Part shown: piece after piece, positions 26,770-37,532 of the stretch
Layout of the letters: every line of letters begins with the position of its first letter
Numbering within the stretch: position 1 is the stretch's first letter
From: Clostridiaceae bacterium
Lineage (GTDB): Bacteria; Bacillota; Clostridia; Acetivibrionales; DTU013
NCBI GenBank assembly: GCA_012519745.1
Contig: JAAYPO010000068.1
Location: forward strand, 3,154-67,153
Direction of reading: 5' to 3'
Length of the DNA: 64,000 bases
Notes under the pieces: model-generated
The model's input: the letters and a program-made list of their open reading frames with translations, nothing else
Databases searched by the model: none
What the model was told of the DNA's origin: nothing
Translations under genes and position numbers: made by a program

Positions 26770-27042
26770 GATTACCCTCCAAACAATTTCCTTTACTTAC
26801 TTGCAAGGTTATTATTGACAAATATTTTTTTTTAAAACATCACCGATCAGAGCATGGCGGGAGCACGGTGTATCCGGGTGCAGAGCGTGGCAAAGGGTTG
26901 ATGTACAGATAATGGTGTTGTGATGATGTGTGACTGTTGTATGATGATGCAGGAGTTGTTAGCGGCTGCCGGGCGTGGTAAACTATATGGATGTGACCGG
27001 AACGGCAGGTCAACTGAGAGCAACTACGTTGGAGGCAACAAA

Positions 27043-27737
27043 ATGGAGCATAGTATTTCGATAAAAAGGGCTGTATTGCATGTTCTCGATGTAAATTCAG
27101 GCATACCCGCGATTTCAAAAGGGGAATTGGAAGTCACAGGAGATATGGAAAGCTATCTTGCCAGACATATCGGCAGGGTGCTTGACGATCCAAATACCAA
27201 ATGTGCGGTTTTTTCATCCGAAGATAATAATATGCGGTACCTGTGCAATATGCTGAAGGATAGTGAAGATGATTTTTTGCCCATTACAGCAGACATTGCA
27301 GATAGATTTTTTTCCTTCATGCAGAAAAACCCGGATATTCCGTCTGCCGACCTGGTCTGCTGTATCGCAGAAATCGATGGTGCTGCATGGCTGGGTATCC
27401 TGAAGCTCAATTATAAAGCAGGCTATACCCATTGGGTCAATAATTTTGATGAAGGCTGCATCAACACAATCATCAGGCAGCAGACACTTCTGCCTCAGGA
27501 AGGACAGAAGCTGGACGAATGTGCTCTGAGGCGGGCATCGTGGAGAAGGAGATCACGATTCCTGACAGGATCATAGAGAAAAAGTTCCGGACACACAGAA
27601 TAAAAACCGATACCGGGATAGAAATAGATTTTCCCCTTGAATACACGGACAACAGCGACAGGATCGAGTTTATCAACAATCCGGACGGGACGCTGTCCAT
27701 ATTGATAAAGAATGTGACCAGGATAACAAACAGGTAA
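27043..27737 (+). pseudogene. nucleoid-associated protein (NA37/NdpA-YejK family), disrupted by a frameshift and probably an internal deletion
   Basis: The N-terminal part (ATG 27043, GGAGG RBS) reads MEHSISIKRAVLHVLDVNSG..LPQEGQKLDEC and ends out of frame at 27576. The family C-terminus (RIKTDTGIEIDFPLEY..IEFINNPDGTLSILIKNV) is in another frame (27519..27737). The combined length is about 230 aa, against the roughly 330 aa I recall for homologues. Confidence 0.55.
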
Positions 27738-27880
27738 GAGAGCAGGGAAAAGTACAAAGAGCAGAAAATTTTTCTGCAAACGCAGAATTTTATTCGAACC
27801 GAAGTGTTATAATTGAAATCAGCAAATTTGAGCACAGCTCGCATTTTAACATCAAAAAGCGAAGCGAAGGAGAGAAAAAT

Positions 27881-28414
27881 ATGGGAAACAATCCACAGGT
27901 AACGATCGAAATGGAAAACGGCGGCATTATCAAGGCAGAGCTATATCCTGATGCCGCACCCAACACAGTAAGGAATTTTCTATCACTTGTAAAGAACGGC
28001 TTTTATGACGGTGTTATATTTCACAGGGTGATACCCGGCTTTATGATACAGGGCGGAGATCCTGAGGGAACCGGCATGGGAGGACCCGGCTACTCAATAA
28101 AGGGTGAGTTTTCGGGAAACGGCTTCGACAATCCATTAAAGCATGACAGAGGAGTCCTCTCCATGGCCAGGTCCGCAAGACCGGATTCGGCAGGGTCTCA
28201 ATTCTTCATAATGGTAGAGCGGGCACCGCATCTTGACGGCCAGTATGCAGCCTTCGGCAAGGTGACAGAGGGTATGGAGGAGGCCGACAGGATCGTAGGT
28301 GTCAAGCGTGACTATAATGACAGGCCCCGGGAAGATCAGCGCATCAAGAGAGTGACTGCCGAGACCTTCGGAGAAGAGTACGGCGAACCCGAGAAACTGC
28401 CCGGCAGGGGCTGA
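27881..28414 (+). CDS. ppiB: peptidyl-prolyl cis-trans isomerase, cyclophilin type
   Basis: 177 aa. FHRVIPGFMIQGGDPEGTGMGGPGY, LSMARS..PDSAGSQFFI. Confidence 0.95.
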   Translation: MGNNPQVTIEMENGGIIKAELYPDAAPNTVRNFLSLVKNGFYDGVIFHRVIPGFMIQGGDPEGTGMGGPGYSIKGEFSGNGFDNPLKHDRGVLSMARSARPDSAGSQFFIMVERAPHLDGQYAAFGKVTEGMEEADRIVGVKRDYNDRPREDQRIKRVTAETFGEEYGEPEKLPGRG

Positions 28415-28738
28415 GACCTGATGGAACGGGCAGTACCCCAGCGTTGTTGCAGGAGGGGAATCGATACCGCTGATACAGATGCCGGCAGGCGGAACGAACG
28501 ATATCACCGGTTCAGTGACCAGGCCGTCAGGCAACAGCACCGATACTGCTTCAGGTTCGGCGGAATAAGCTCCGGCAGGTCCGGCAGTGCGGATGGCATC
28601 ATCCTCCATTTTTCCTTGCTGTTTTTCCACATTATTGCTAATATGTTGTTGGGTCATAAGAAGAAAAACAGAACACAAAACCGGTCAGCAACGTGATGGC
28701 GACAGCCTTTGTGTTACAAGGAAAGGATGATACAAGCG

Positions 28739-30199
28739 ATGAGTGAAGCTTTGAAGGCGTACAGACTGCATATGGGACCTGCCAGCTGTGCTGTGGACCT
28801 TGGGGACGGCAGCGAACGGGGCGAATATGTCTGTCAGGATTATATATTGGACAGACTCGGAAGGCCTCACAGGAGCATAAACCTTATGTACTGCTACTAT
28901 CCGCTGGATGAAGGGTGGCCTGTCAGAGCAAGCCTGACGGGGAAGAACGAAGGTGTTTCCTTCGCATGGGATTATCCCTACGATGATTATTTTCCATACA
29001 TGGGCGGACCGGGGGGCAGTACAGAGGGAGAGCCCTTCAAATCCATGAAAGATGTCCGACGGCACGGGCAGGATGTCACGTTGACTCTTACCATAGACTG
29101 CGGTGTGCCGGATGACCATCTGATACAGATCGCAAGGGAGCTCAGGCCGTTTGGCAGGCTTATGCTGCGGATCAATCACGAGGCCACCGGCAGCTGGTTC
29201 GCATTCAACAAGAGGTACAGCTACCAGCAGGTAGCGGATTTCTTCGTACGCTTTCATAATATAATCAAAAAAGAAGCTCCAAACATAAAGACAATATTAT
29301 GCATCGGTGAAGACAATGAAAACGGAGCTGCTGAAATGAAGTATGAGAAGGAGTTTCGGCAGGCGGTGAGATCGGCGGACATTTGGTCGGGTGACTATTA
29401 TCTTGCGCTGAACTGGGGATGGCCTTTCACCGTGGCGGAGCGCGGCGGTGCCTCACATAAAAGGCTGAGTGCGGCTGATGTGGTTGAGTACTGCAAGTTT
29501 GCATATGAACGCTTCAGCCTGCTAAATGACGGCGCAGTAAAGCCGTTTTGCATCTCGGAGCTGAATGCCGACGGAGATGTGACCGGCCCATACGACCAGG
29601 CATCCATGATGAAGGAGTTTTATTATCGGATAAGGGATGAAAGAGCACACTGGATGTCCGGTATCACATGCTACCAGTTCAGGGACAGGGGACGCCTCGG
29701 CCTTGAGATCGAAGATCCCAACTGCTCCTCCAACGGTATAAAGCAGCCGTTGTTCGATGCATACAAGGAGATAATACACGATCCTTATTTTCAGCCTTCG
29801 ATGAAAACCGGGGCATTGGTGGAGCTGCCTGCAAAGCTGAGATGGGGAGGCTCTGAAGATGCGGATGGCCTTGCAATGCCTGTCAGGCTGGAAAAGCCCC
29901 CTGTTTTTTGTGAGGTGAGCTTCGAGGAAGAGGGCCTCAATGCGGTGTTTGAATTCAATGGGAAATGGTTTTACAAAAAACCCGGAGTCAGGACGATAGA
30001 CCTGATGCCCGCATTTTACGAAAAGCCTGTTGATGGCGGGTGTGAACTGATATTCAGACTGTTCGCGCCTCCTGCCGGCGGAGTCAACGATCCGGATCAG
30101 GGCGATGATTGGACTGTCAGCTACTATACGCAGATAAACAAGCTCCCCCGGTTCCGAATAAGATATGAGCCTGCTGAAACGGGCTGCTTCAAGCTGTGA
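28739..30199 (+). CDS. hypothetical protein, possibly a glycoside-hydrolase-like TIM barrel
   Basis: From ORF 28709..30199; the start is uncertain (ATG 28739 has AGGAAAGGA upstream). LMLRINHEATGSWF resembles the clan GH-A 'NE' acid/base strand. Nothing else is recognisable. Confidence 0.3.
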   Translation: MSEALKAYRLHMGPASCAVDLGDGSERGEYVCQDYILDRLGRPHRSINLMYCYYPLDEGWPVRASLTGKNEGVSFAWDYPYDDYFPYMGGPGGSTEGEPFKSMKDVRRHGQDVTLTLTIDCGVPDDHLIQIARELRPFGRLMLRINHEATGSWFAFNKRYSYQQVADFFVRFHNIIKKEAPNIKTILCIGEDNENGAAEMKYEKEFRQAVRSADIWSGDYYLALNWGWPFTVAERGGASHKRLSAADVVEYCKFAYERFSLLNDGAVKPFCISELNADGDVTGPYDQASMMKEFYYRIRDERAHWMSGITCYQFRDRGRLGLEIEDPNCSSNGIKQPLFDAYKEIIHDPYFQPSMKTGALVELPAKLRWGGSEDADGLAMPVRLEKPPVFCEVSFEEEGLNAVFEFNGKWFYKKPGVRTIDLMPAFYEKPVDGGCELIFRLFAPPAGGVNDPDQGDDWTVSYYTQINKLPRFRIRYEPAETGCFKL

Positions 30200-30200
30200 T

Positions 30201-30776
30201 TCAAGTCAGCCATTTATCCTTGAATTCGATGGGCTGGTAGGAGTCGATAAAGTCCAGGCAGTCATCCACATCCGGGGATATATGGTACAGCAGAGTCGAT
30301 TCCTGCTTTGCAAAGCGTTTATCTATTATCGAATCGAACAGATGAAGAAGGGGATCGTAAAAGCCGTCGGCATTCAGAATGACGATGGCTTTATTGTGGT
30401 ATTTGAGCTGCTTCAGGGTTATGATCTCAAGCAGCTCCTCAAGGGTGCCGAAGCCGCCGGGCAATGCGATAAAAGCATCGGACCTTGCGTCCATGATGGA
30501 TTTCCTTTCCCGCATATCCTTTGTGATGACCAGCTCGTCACAGGTTTCATAAACCACACCCTTTTGGTTGAGTGCCTCGGGAATGATGCCGATGACCTTG
30601 CCCTTCAGCCGGTGCACGGCTGTAGCTGTTGCGCCCATGAGACCGCGCATGCCTCCCCCAAAGAGCAGTATGTCCTCTCTGGAGGCTATAGCTTCACCCA
30701 ACTTTTCTGCCAGGTCGAAGAATGCTTTGTCGATAAAATTGCTTGATGAGCTATATACACATATCACTTTGTTCAT
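30201..30776 (-). CDS. LOG-family protein (TIGR00730; nucleotide 5'-monophosphate nucleosidase / cytokinin riboside phosphoribohydrolase-like)
   Basis: 191 aa. FGGGMRGLMGA and PGGFGTLEELLE motifs. Confidence 0.85.
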   Translation of the reverse strand: MNKVICVYSSSSNFIDKAFFDLAEKLGEAIASREDILLFGGGMRGLMGATATAVHRLKGKVIGIIPEALNQKGVVYETCDELVITKDMRERKSIMDARSDAFIALPGGFGTLEELLEIITLKQLKYHNKAIVILNADGFYDPLLHLFDSIIDKRFAKQESTLLYHISPDVDDCLDFIDSYQPIEFKDKWLT

Positions 30777-30977
30777 AATTACCTCCGATTTTTATCATGG
30801 GCATTTTATATTATAATACCACATAAAGCATAAGTATAAAAATAAAGATGATTTATACGGCCGGCGGTCATGTGTGCGATCGTATGCCGGCGACGGTATG
30901 AAGATATTTCTATTTCCTTGACCGTTGGGTGCTGTTTGTTCTATGATGGAATCAAAAACCGGATCGGGGCGGTGTTG

Positions 30978-31589
30978 ATGAAAAAGCTTGAAATAATAAA
31001 GACCTACTATGACAATAATATGTCAAAGGATCTCCCGGAGTACGGCATATTGGGATGGGAAAGTGCCAAGGCTCAGCGCTTGCGGTTTGACGTGCTGCTT
31101 TCGTCTGTTGACCTTGCGGGCCGGAAGCTTCTGGACGTTGGCTGCGGTACAGGAAACCTGCTGGAGTATATAGACAGCAAGGGTATAAAGGTGGACTATA
31201 CAGGTGTAGACATACTGGAGAAGATGATAGCTATTGCCGAAAGCAAAAAACTCAACGGCGTTTTCAAATACATGGACATTTTTAAGAATAATATTTTTGG
31301 GAGTAATTCCTTCGATGTGGTATACACATCAGGGATTTTCAACCTGGATCTGGGCAACAACAGGGAGTTCCTGAAGAATGCACTGGAGCTTTTTATGGAG
31401 ATATCAAGGGACGCTGTAGTTTTCAATCTGCTGCATGTGGACTCCCCCGACAGGGAGGATAAATACTTCTATTTCCACCCGGATGAAGTGAGGGATATAC
31501 TGGCGCTTTTTGCCGACAGGATAGCAAGAGCTGAATTTGTAGAGGCATATCTGAAAAATGATTTTACAGTAGTTGTGAGAAAGCTGTAA
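30978..31589 (+). CDS. class I SAM-dependent methyltransferase
   Basis: From ORF 30870..31589, with the start moved to ATG 30978 (MKKLEII). Motif I LLDVGCGTGNL. Confidence 0.8.
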   Translation: MKKLEIIKTYYDNNMSKDLPEYGILGWESAKAQRLRFDVLLSSVDLAGRKLLDVGCGTGNLLEYIDSKGIKVDYTGVDILEKMIAIAESKKLNGVFKYMDIFKNNIFGSNSFDVVYTSGIFNLDLGNNREFLKNALELFMEISRDAVVFNLLHVDSPDREDKYFYFHPDEVRDILALFADRIARAEFVEAYLKNDFTVVVRKL

Positions 31590-31696
31590 AGCCTGCAAAG
31601 ATTGTGATATGATTGTATTGTGAAGGAGAGCAGCCTGACTTGCCGGAAAAAATCATCGGAGCGGTTGTGCCATAATTATTGTTGGAGGTAATGCCT

Positions 31697-33433
31697 ATGA
31701 AACCGAAGCCGCTATATAATGTAAGGCATATACGTGATTTCAGGGACCTGCTTGAGCAGAGCTCAGGCCTGTTTGGGGATAAAGCAGCCTTTATGGTCAG
31801 GGAAAAGGGAGGTTTCAAAAGCATCACCTACAGCCGGATGAAATCAGATGTGGATGCCCTTGGAGCCGGTCTCCGCTCACTTGGGCTGGAGAACGGACAT
31901 ATCGCAGTTTTAGGGGAAAACCGGTACGAATGGTGCATTTCATATCTTGCCGTTACCTGTCATACCGGCGTTGTTGTACCCATTGACAAGGAGCTGCCGG
32001 CAGACGAAAAGAGAAACCTTCTTGAAAGAAGCGATTCCAGCGCTCTTGTTTTTTCCGGAAAATACGCAAAGGACATAGAAAGCATAAGGAATGCAGGATC
32101 CTCTGTAAAATATTTCATCGGCATGGATATGGATGAGGATGGAGACGGTTTTCTGTCCCTTGGAAAGCTTATTGAAAAGGGCAGAGAGCTGATAAAAAGC
32201 AATGAGTTCGACCCCCATAGCCGCAAAATAGATGAAACAGCCATGAGCGTTCTCATCTTCACTTCCGGGACTACCGATATGGCAAAGGGAGTCATGCTTT
32301 CACAAAAAAACATCTGTACTGACGTGATGGGCGTTTCGCAGACCGTACGTGTCGAAAGCAAGGATACGGCGCTGTCCATCCTGCCGCTGCACCACACATA
32401 TGAGTGCACTATCGGATTTCTTACTTTGATATACAATGGAGCTTGCATAGCCTTCAACGAGGGTTTGAAGCACATTCAGAAAAATATGGCGGAAGTCGGC
32501 CCTACTCTTCTGGTAACGGTGCCGCTCCTTCTGGAAAACATGTATAAAAAGATTTGGGACAGGATAAACAAGAAGCCCGGACTAAAGCATATAGTCAGGA
32601 TAATGCTTGGAATCTCAACTGTATTGAGGTTTTTTGGAATAGAGGCGGGGCGTGTATTGTTCGCAAGCATACACAAGACCCTGGGCGGGCGTCTCAGGCT
32701 CATTGTTACCGGTGCCGCAGCCATTGCGCCGGAGGTCATAAACGGACTGAACAAATTTGGCATCAGGGTGCTTCAGGGTTACGGACTGACGGAGTGTTCA
32801 CCGCTTGTGATCGGCGAGAGGGACAGCTTTTATGGAAATGCCTCTGTAGGCTTGCCTCTGCCCGGCGTAGAGGTCAGGATAGACAATGCGGATGAAAATG
32901 GGATAGGTGAGATAGTGACCAGGGGCGATAATGTCATGCTGGGCTATTTCAGAGATGAGCAAGCCACTGAAAGGCACCTCAGGGACGGATGGTTCCATAC
33001 CGGCGATTTGGGCAGAAAGAGCAGGTCCGGCGCATACTACATCACCGGCAGACTAAAGAATGTCATAGTGACAAAGAACGGTAAGAACATATTCCCCGAG
33101 GAGGTCGAGACCTATCTGAACAGAAGCCCGTATGTGCTTGAATCGATGGTGACCGGCTACGAAGACGGCAAGTCGGGGGACACCTTTGTAAAGGCGTATA
33201 TCCTGCCGAATATCGAGGCGATAAAGGAGAAGCTGAAGCAGCATGCTCCCTCTGTCGAGGACATTAAGAGAATAATTGCCGATGCCGTGAAAAGTACAAA
33301 CAAGGATATGCCTCTATATAAGAGAATCAGCTCTTTCACCATCAGAGACAATGATTTTATCAAAACAACTACTCTCAAAATAAAAAGATACGCGGAAAAC
33401 GCTCATATGAAGCTGGATAAAAACAGATCCTAG
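31697..33433 (+). CDS. long-chain-fatty-acid--CoA ligase (AMP-binding enzyme family)
   Basis: From ORF 31679..33433. ATG 31697 is preferred (GGAGG 8 nt upstream). AMP-binding motif IFTSGTTDMAKGV, QGYGLTE, GWFHTGDLG. Confidence 0.85.
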   Translation: MKPKPLYNVRHIRDFRDLLEQSSGLFGDKAAFMVREKGGFKSITYSRMKSDVDALGAGLRSLGLENGHIAVLGENRYEWCISYLAVTCHTGVVVPIDKELPADEKRNLLERSDSSALVFSGKYAKDIESIRNAGSSVKYFIGMDMDEDGDGFLSLGKLIEKGRELIKSNEFDPHSRKIDETAMSVLIFTSGTTDMAKGVMLSQKNICTDVMGVSQTVRVESKDTALSILPLHHTYECTIGFLTLIYNGACIAFNEGLKHIQKNMAEVGPTLLVTVPLLLENMYKKIWDRINKKPGLKHIVRIMLGISTVLRFFGIEAGRVLFASIHKTLGGRLRLIVTGAAAIAPEVINGLNKFGIRVLQGYGLTECSPLVIGERDSFYGNASVGLPLPGVEVRIDNADENGIGEIVTRGDNVMLGYFRDEQATERHLRDGWFHTGDLGRKSRSGAYYITGRLKNVIVTKNGKNIFPEEVETYLNRSPYVLESMVTGYEDGKSGDTFVKAYILPNIEAIKEKLKQHAPSVEDIKRIIADAVKSTNKDMPLYKRISSFTIRDNDFIKTTTLKIKRYAENAHMKLDKNRS

Positions 33434-33463
33434 GCATCAGATAAGCATACAGGAGGGAGCCAT

Positions 33464-34975
33464 ATGTGCGCAGTCAGAGCACAGGGCCGTATAGCAGCCC
33501 TTGATCAGGGGACGACCAGTTCCCGTGCTGTGGTGTTCGATTCTGAGACAGTAAAGATCGAGTGTATCAAAAACCATCAATTGACCCAGTATTACCCTCA
33601 TCCCGCATGGGTCGAGCAGGATCCGCAGGAGATATGGAGGACCCAGCTGGACTCACTGACAGAAGCTTGTGAGTCTGCGGGTCTGCCTCTGCAAAGCATT
33701 GCATGTCTTGGAATCACCAATCAGAGGGAGACAGTGGTGGTCTGGGACAAAAAAACGGGCAAGCCCGTATATAACGCAATAGTCTGGCAGTGCAGAAGGT
33801 CTGCCGGCATATGCAGGCAATTGATGGAAAATGGTTATGAGGACGTAATCAGAGAGAAGACAGGCCTCATTATCGATGCATATTTTTCAGGCACGAAAAT
33901 TAAATGGATACTGGACAATGTACCGGGAGCCAGGGAAAGAGCGAAAAAAGGTGAGCTTCTTGCCGGGACAGTCGATTCGTGGCTTGTCTGGAAGCTGACC
34001 GGCGGAGCTGTACACATAACAGACTATACAAACGCATCAAGGACACTGCTCTTTAACATAAATACTCTGGATTGGGACGATGAACTGCTGGCAATGCTGG
34101 ACATCCCAAGGTGCATGCTGCCTTCGTTGGTCCAATCTTCCGGTTTTATAGCCGAAACATCGCAGGAGGTGCTGGGGGCAAGGATACCGATCTGCGGGAT
34201 CGCCGGGGATCAGCAGGCTGCCCTTTTCGGACAGGCGTGCTTTGAACCCGGTTCAGTTAAGAACACTTACGGTACAGGCTGCTTCATACTGATGAATACC
34301 GGAGATAAGCCTGTCGTCTCTAAAAACAGGCTGCTCTCTACCATTGCATGGGTCATCGGCGGCAAAGCCGAATATGCGCTGGAGGGAAGCGTGTTCAACG
34401 CCGGTTCTGCGATACAGTGGCTCAGGGACGAACTGAGGCTGATCGGGAGCGCACCTGAATCAGATGCACTGGCAGAAACTGTCCCTGACACCGGAGGTGT
34501 TTATGTAGTACCGGCGTTTACCGGCCTCGGAGCTCCATATTGGGATATGTATGCAAGAGGTACCATAACCGGTCTCACAAGGGGTACGAGGAAGGAACAC
34601 TTTGTCCGGGCGGTGCTGGAGGCTATCGCGTATCAGAGCAGAGACGTAATGGAGGCCATGGAGGCTGACTCCGGCATAAGGATAAAGGAACTGAAGGTGG
34701 ATGGAGGAGCCAGCGTCAGCAGATTCCTGATGCAGTTCCAGGCCGACATGATGAATGTGGCTGTGAAGAAGCCGGAGATCACCGAGACCACTGCCATGGG
34801 CGCTGCCTTTCTGGCAGGCATGGGGGCAGGGATATGGAGCGGGCAGGACGAGATCGCTGCGAAATGGAAGCTCTCCAGGGAATATTCCCCGTCGATGGAT
34901 GCAAGTATCAGAGAGGGTCTGTATGAAAGCTGGAAGAGAGCGGTGGAAAGATCGCTTGGATGGGAAAGGGTATGA
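33464..34975 (+). CDS. glpK: glycerol kinase
   Basis: 503 aa. [48 protein letters not shown]. Confidence 0.95.
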   Translation: MCAVRAQGRIAALDQGTTSSRAVVFDSETVKIECIKNHQLTQYYPHPAWVEQDPQEIWRTQLDSLTEACESAGLPLQSIACLGITNQRETVVVWDKKTGKPVYNAIVWQCRRSAGICRQLMENGYEDVIREKTGLIIDAYFSGTKIKWILDNVPGARERAKKGELLAGTVDSWLVWKLTGGAVHITDYTNASRTLLFNINTLDWDDELLAMLDIPRCMLPSLVQSSGFIAETSQEVLGARIPICGIAGDQQAALFGQACFEPGSVKNTYGTGCFILMNTGDKPVVSKNRLLSTIAWVIGGKAEYALEGSVFNAGSAIQWLRDELRLIGSAPESDALAETVPDTGGVYVVPAFTGLGAPYWDMYARGTITGLTRGTRKEHFVRAVLEAIAYQSRDVMEAMEADSGIRIKELKVDGGASVSRFLMQFQADMMNVAVKKPEITETTAMGAAFLAGMGAGIWSGQDEIAAKWKLSREYSPSMDASIREGLYESWKRAVERSLGWERV

Positions 34976-34987
34976 GGCGGTGGTGAT

Positions 34988-35911
34988 ATGAGTCAGGAAG
35001 GCTTCACCTTCAAAGGTGCAAATGGCAGGGAGATATATGTGTACCGCTGGGATGCATCATGTAATGAGCCCGTGGGCATTGTGCAGATTTTCCACGGTAT
35101 GGCGGAGCATGGTCTCAGATACGCGGATTTTGCCGGGTATCTGAACAGCAGGGGAATTACCGTATATGCCATCGATCAAAGGGGCCATGGCAACACAGGT
35201 GAGATCAACAATGATCTGGGGCACCTGGATGACGACGGTTTTGACGGCATCATCCGGGATCAGCAGCTGCTTTCCGAGAGGATCAGGCAGGAAAACCCGG
35301 GGGTACCGCTGTTTGTGCTCGGACACAGCTTTGGTTCATTTATTGCCCAGGAATACATACAAAGAGATGCGTCCGGTCTGTCAGGAGTGATATTGTCGGG
35401 ATCATGCCTGATGAAGGGTATGGATTTAAAGGCCGGACTTGCATTGGCATATATCACCAGGCTCTTTGGGGTCAGGAAGCCCAACAGGCTGCTGGACAGG
35501 ATGAGCTTCGGAAGCTACAACAGAATGATACCTGATGCGCCCAGTAAGTTCTCATGGCTGAGCAGGGATGAGCAACAGGTCGGGAAATATGAAGCTGACC
35601 GCTTTTGCGGCATGGTCATGAGTACCGGATTTTTCTGTGCGTTTTTCAAGGGATTGAGCCGGCTCTACCACAAGGAGGGTTTGGACAGGATACCAAAGTC
35701 TCTCCCTGTCTGTATCCTATCTGGCAGCGATGACCCGGTGGGAAAGTACGGATCAGGGACTTCAAAGCTCTGTGGGCTGTACAGGGACCTCGGGATCAGC
35801 AATATCATGTTCAGACTGTATGAGGGAGCGAGGCATGAGGTCCTGAACGAAACAAACCGCAAAGAGGTTTATCGGGACATATCGCAATGGATAGAACAGC
35901 ATGCAAAATAA
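34988..35911 (+). CDS. alpha/beta hydrolase (lysophospholipase / monoacylglycerol lipase-like)
   Basis: 307 aa. HGMAEH oxyanion region, nucleophile elbow GHSFGS, and a C-terminal DDPV..H triad region. Confidence 0.8.
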   Translation: MSQEGFTFKGANGREIYVYRWDASCNEPVGIVQIFHGMAEHGLRYADFAGYLNSRGITVYAIDQRGHGNTGEINNDLGHLDDDGFDGIIRDQQLLSERIRQENPGVPLFVLGHSFGSFIAQEYIQRDASGLSGVILSGSCLMKGMDLKAGLALAYITRLFGVRKPNRLLDRMSFGSYNRMIPDAPSKFSWLSRDEQQVGKYEADRFCGMVMSTGFFCAFFKGLSRLYHKEGLDRIPKSLPVCILSGSDDPVGKYGSGTSKLCGLYRDLGISNIMFRLYEGARHEVLNETNRKEVYRDISQWIEQHAK

Positions 35912-35992
35912 GATACAGCCGGTCATTACTGCCAAGCTGACTGTCATGAGCTGATTTTGGCTGCTCAATGGTCCATGACGACTGCGGATGAT

Positions 35993-37297
35993 CTATACAA
36001 CGGCTCCCAGCAGCAGTGCTCCTTCATTTTCGCGATAAATAGCCGGCAATTGTCCGAAGGATATGGGATTTACCCCACTGCCCACCTCAAAGGTATACCC
36101 CGGCCTGCGGAACTCCTGCAAGAACCAGTCTTTATAGCCGGCGTATGCCGCCTCTGCAGTTCCTTCCTCAACATCATAGCCTGTTATTGCAGCAAACTGA
36201 TTTGCAATGGTCAGGGCCACCGGCGGTGCATAATTCAGGAACTGCCAGTAGATGACCCGACCCTGTGTATGATAAGCGATAACGATGCGGAAATCGTGGT
36301 TTTGTGTAAATTCCGCCATGGCTCTTGTTTCGGGCTCCGAAAGAGGTGCCTCGCCGCCGTAGTCTCTGGGACCGGGACTTGTGATGCCCTGTTCCAGCTC
36401 TTCCTGCTTTTCCTTATCCCATTGGGCGGGATAATTGAGGTTCAGATCCACCCCGCGTATATTCGCCTTCCATACATTTGGAAGCGGCAGACCGGTCTTG
36501 TTCAGCCGGGCGGCGTCGATGAAGGCCGGATCATCATAAACGGGCCAGTAGTTGACCAGGTCGACACCATCGGGATTTACCAGCGGTATCAAATATATAC
36601 TTGTGAGATCGAACAGGTCCCTTATATTGTAGCCCTGGATGCTTCTGCCCTCTGAATAGGCTTTTGCGTAGTTTTCAATGAACTTCATCAACACAGGGGT
36701 CGTTATATATTCATTTGCGTGATGAGACGCATTGTAGGACACTTCCCTTGCACCTGTTCCCAGCCTCACATAATACAGCTCTCTGCCAAGGACGCTTCTG
36801 CCTATGGAGCCTGTTTCCAGGAAAGGGTAGCTTGCCTTCAGCCCCTGTATCTGCCTTTGGACGATTTCGTAAGTGGGTATTACATCAAATGTCACTACAT
36901 CGATGTCATATGGAACGGTCAAACGCTGACCAACGGCTATCCTGTCAGGATCGATGCCCGGGTTTGCTGTGATGATCGCATTTACTGTTGTGTAATACAT
37001 ACGTGCTATATTGTATAAAGTATCCCCTGATCTGACGGTGTATGTATCATATCCTCTCAGCAGCCTGTCAAGCACCGACCAGGTCACAGGTCCCACTATT
37101 CCGTCGGCCGACAGCCCGTTATTCCTCTGGAAAGCGATGACTGCCTCGTATGTCCTGCTGCCGAATATACCGTCCACAGGTCGGGCATTGTAGCCTATCC
37201 TGTTCAAAAGGCTCTGGACCACCCTCACATCCGGCCCGGTCGAACCACGGGAAATAGTCTGCATAAAAAACACCTGTCCTTTGTCACCGCCGATCAT
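35993..37297 (-). CDS. M14 zinc carboxypeptidase-family gamma-D-glutamyl-meso-diaminopimelate peptidase-like protein with PG-binding and LysM domains
   Basis: PG_binding_1 (GSTGPDVRVVQSLLNRIGY..DGIFGSRTYEAVIAFQRNNGLSADGIVG), LysM (YTVRSGDTLYNIARMY..NPGIDPDRIAVGQRLTVP) and M14 zinc motif HHANEY. The start is either ATG 37297 or 37264. Confidence 0.8.
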   Translation of the reverse strand: MIGGDKGQVFFMQTISRGSTGPDVRVVQSLLNRIGYNARPVDGIFGSRTYEAVIAFQRNNGLSADGIVGPVTWSVLDRLLRGYDTYTVRSGDTLYNIARMYYTTVNAIITANPGIDPDRIAVGQRLTVPYDIDVVTFDVIPTYEIVQRQIQGLKASYPFLETGSIGRSVLGRELYYVRLGTGAREVSYNASHHANEYITTPVLMKFIENYAKAYSEGRSIQGYNIRDLFDLTSIYLIPLVNPDGVDLVNYWPVYDDPAFIDAARLNKTGLPLPNVWKANIRGVDLNLNYPAQWDKEKQEELEQGITSPGPRDYGGEAPLSEPETRAMAEFTQNHDFRIVIAYHTQGRVIYWQFLNYAPPVALTIANQFAAITGYDVEEGTAEAAYAGYKDWFLQEFRRPGYTFEVGSGVNPISFGQLPAIYRENEGALLLGAVV

Positions 37298-37457
37298 ATG
37301 GAGATTCTATGGATAAACGGCGGTGTAATAAGCTCTCGTATCATTATATTTAGCATTGGATGAAAATGTGTGCCCGGCATAGAGATTGTGTCCGGATTTG
37401 CCCCGGTGCAGCTGTCATACCGGAGTGATCTCATTTCCTCAGAAATACTGCCTTTTC

Positions 37458-37486
37458 TTGATATTTATTGAGTTTTGATATAAAAT
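37458..37486 (+). promoter_or_regulatory. sigma-A-type promoter for the GAF-kinase/NarL operon
   Basis: TTGATA, a 17-nt spacer and TAAAAT, about 47 nt upstream of ATG 37533. Confidence 0.5.
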
Positions 37487-37532
37487 CAAGTTCATAGTTC
37501 GGGAAATTATTGAAACACTCAGAAGAGGTAAT

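Noticed and set aside
28136-28708. A GC-rich spacer of about 290 bp (28415-28708) between ppiB and the next gene, together with the 180-aa antisense ORF 28136..28678 and the 91-aa sense ORF 28421..28696.
   Set aside because: The antisense ORF would overlap ppiB by about 280 nt. Neither ORF has a convincing RBS or a recognisable motif. Long open frames are expected by chance in GC-rich DNA. I recognised no riboswitch signature. The region may be a gene remnant, but I cannot support any call.
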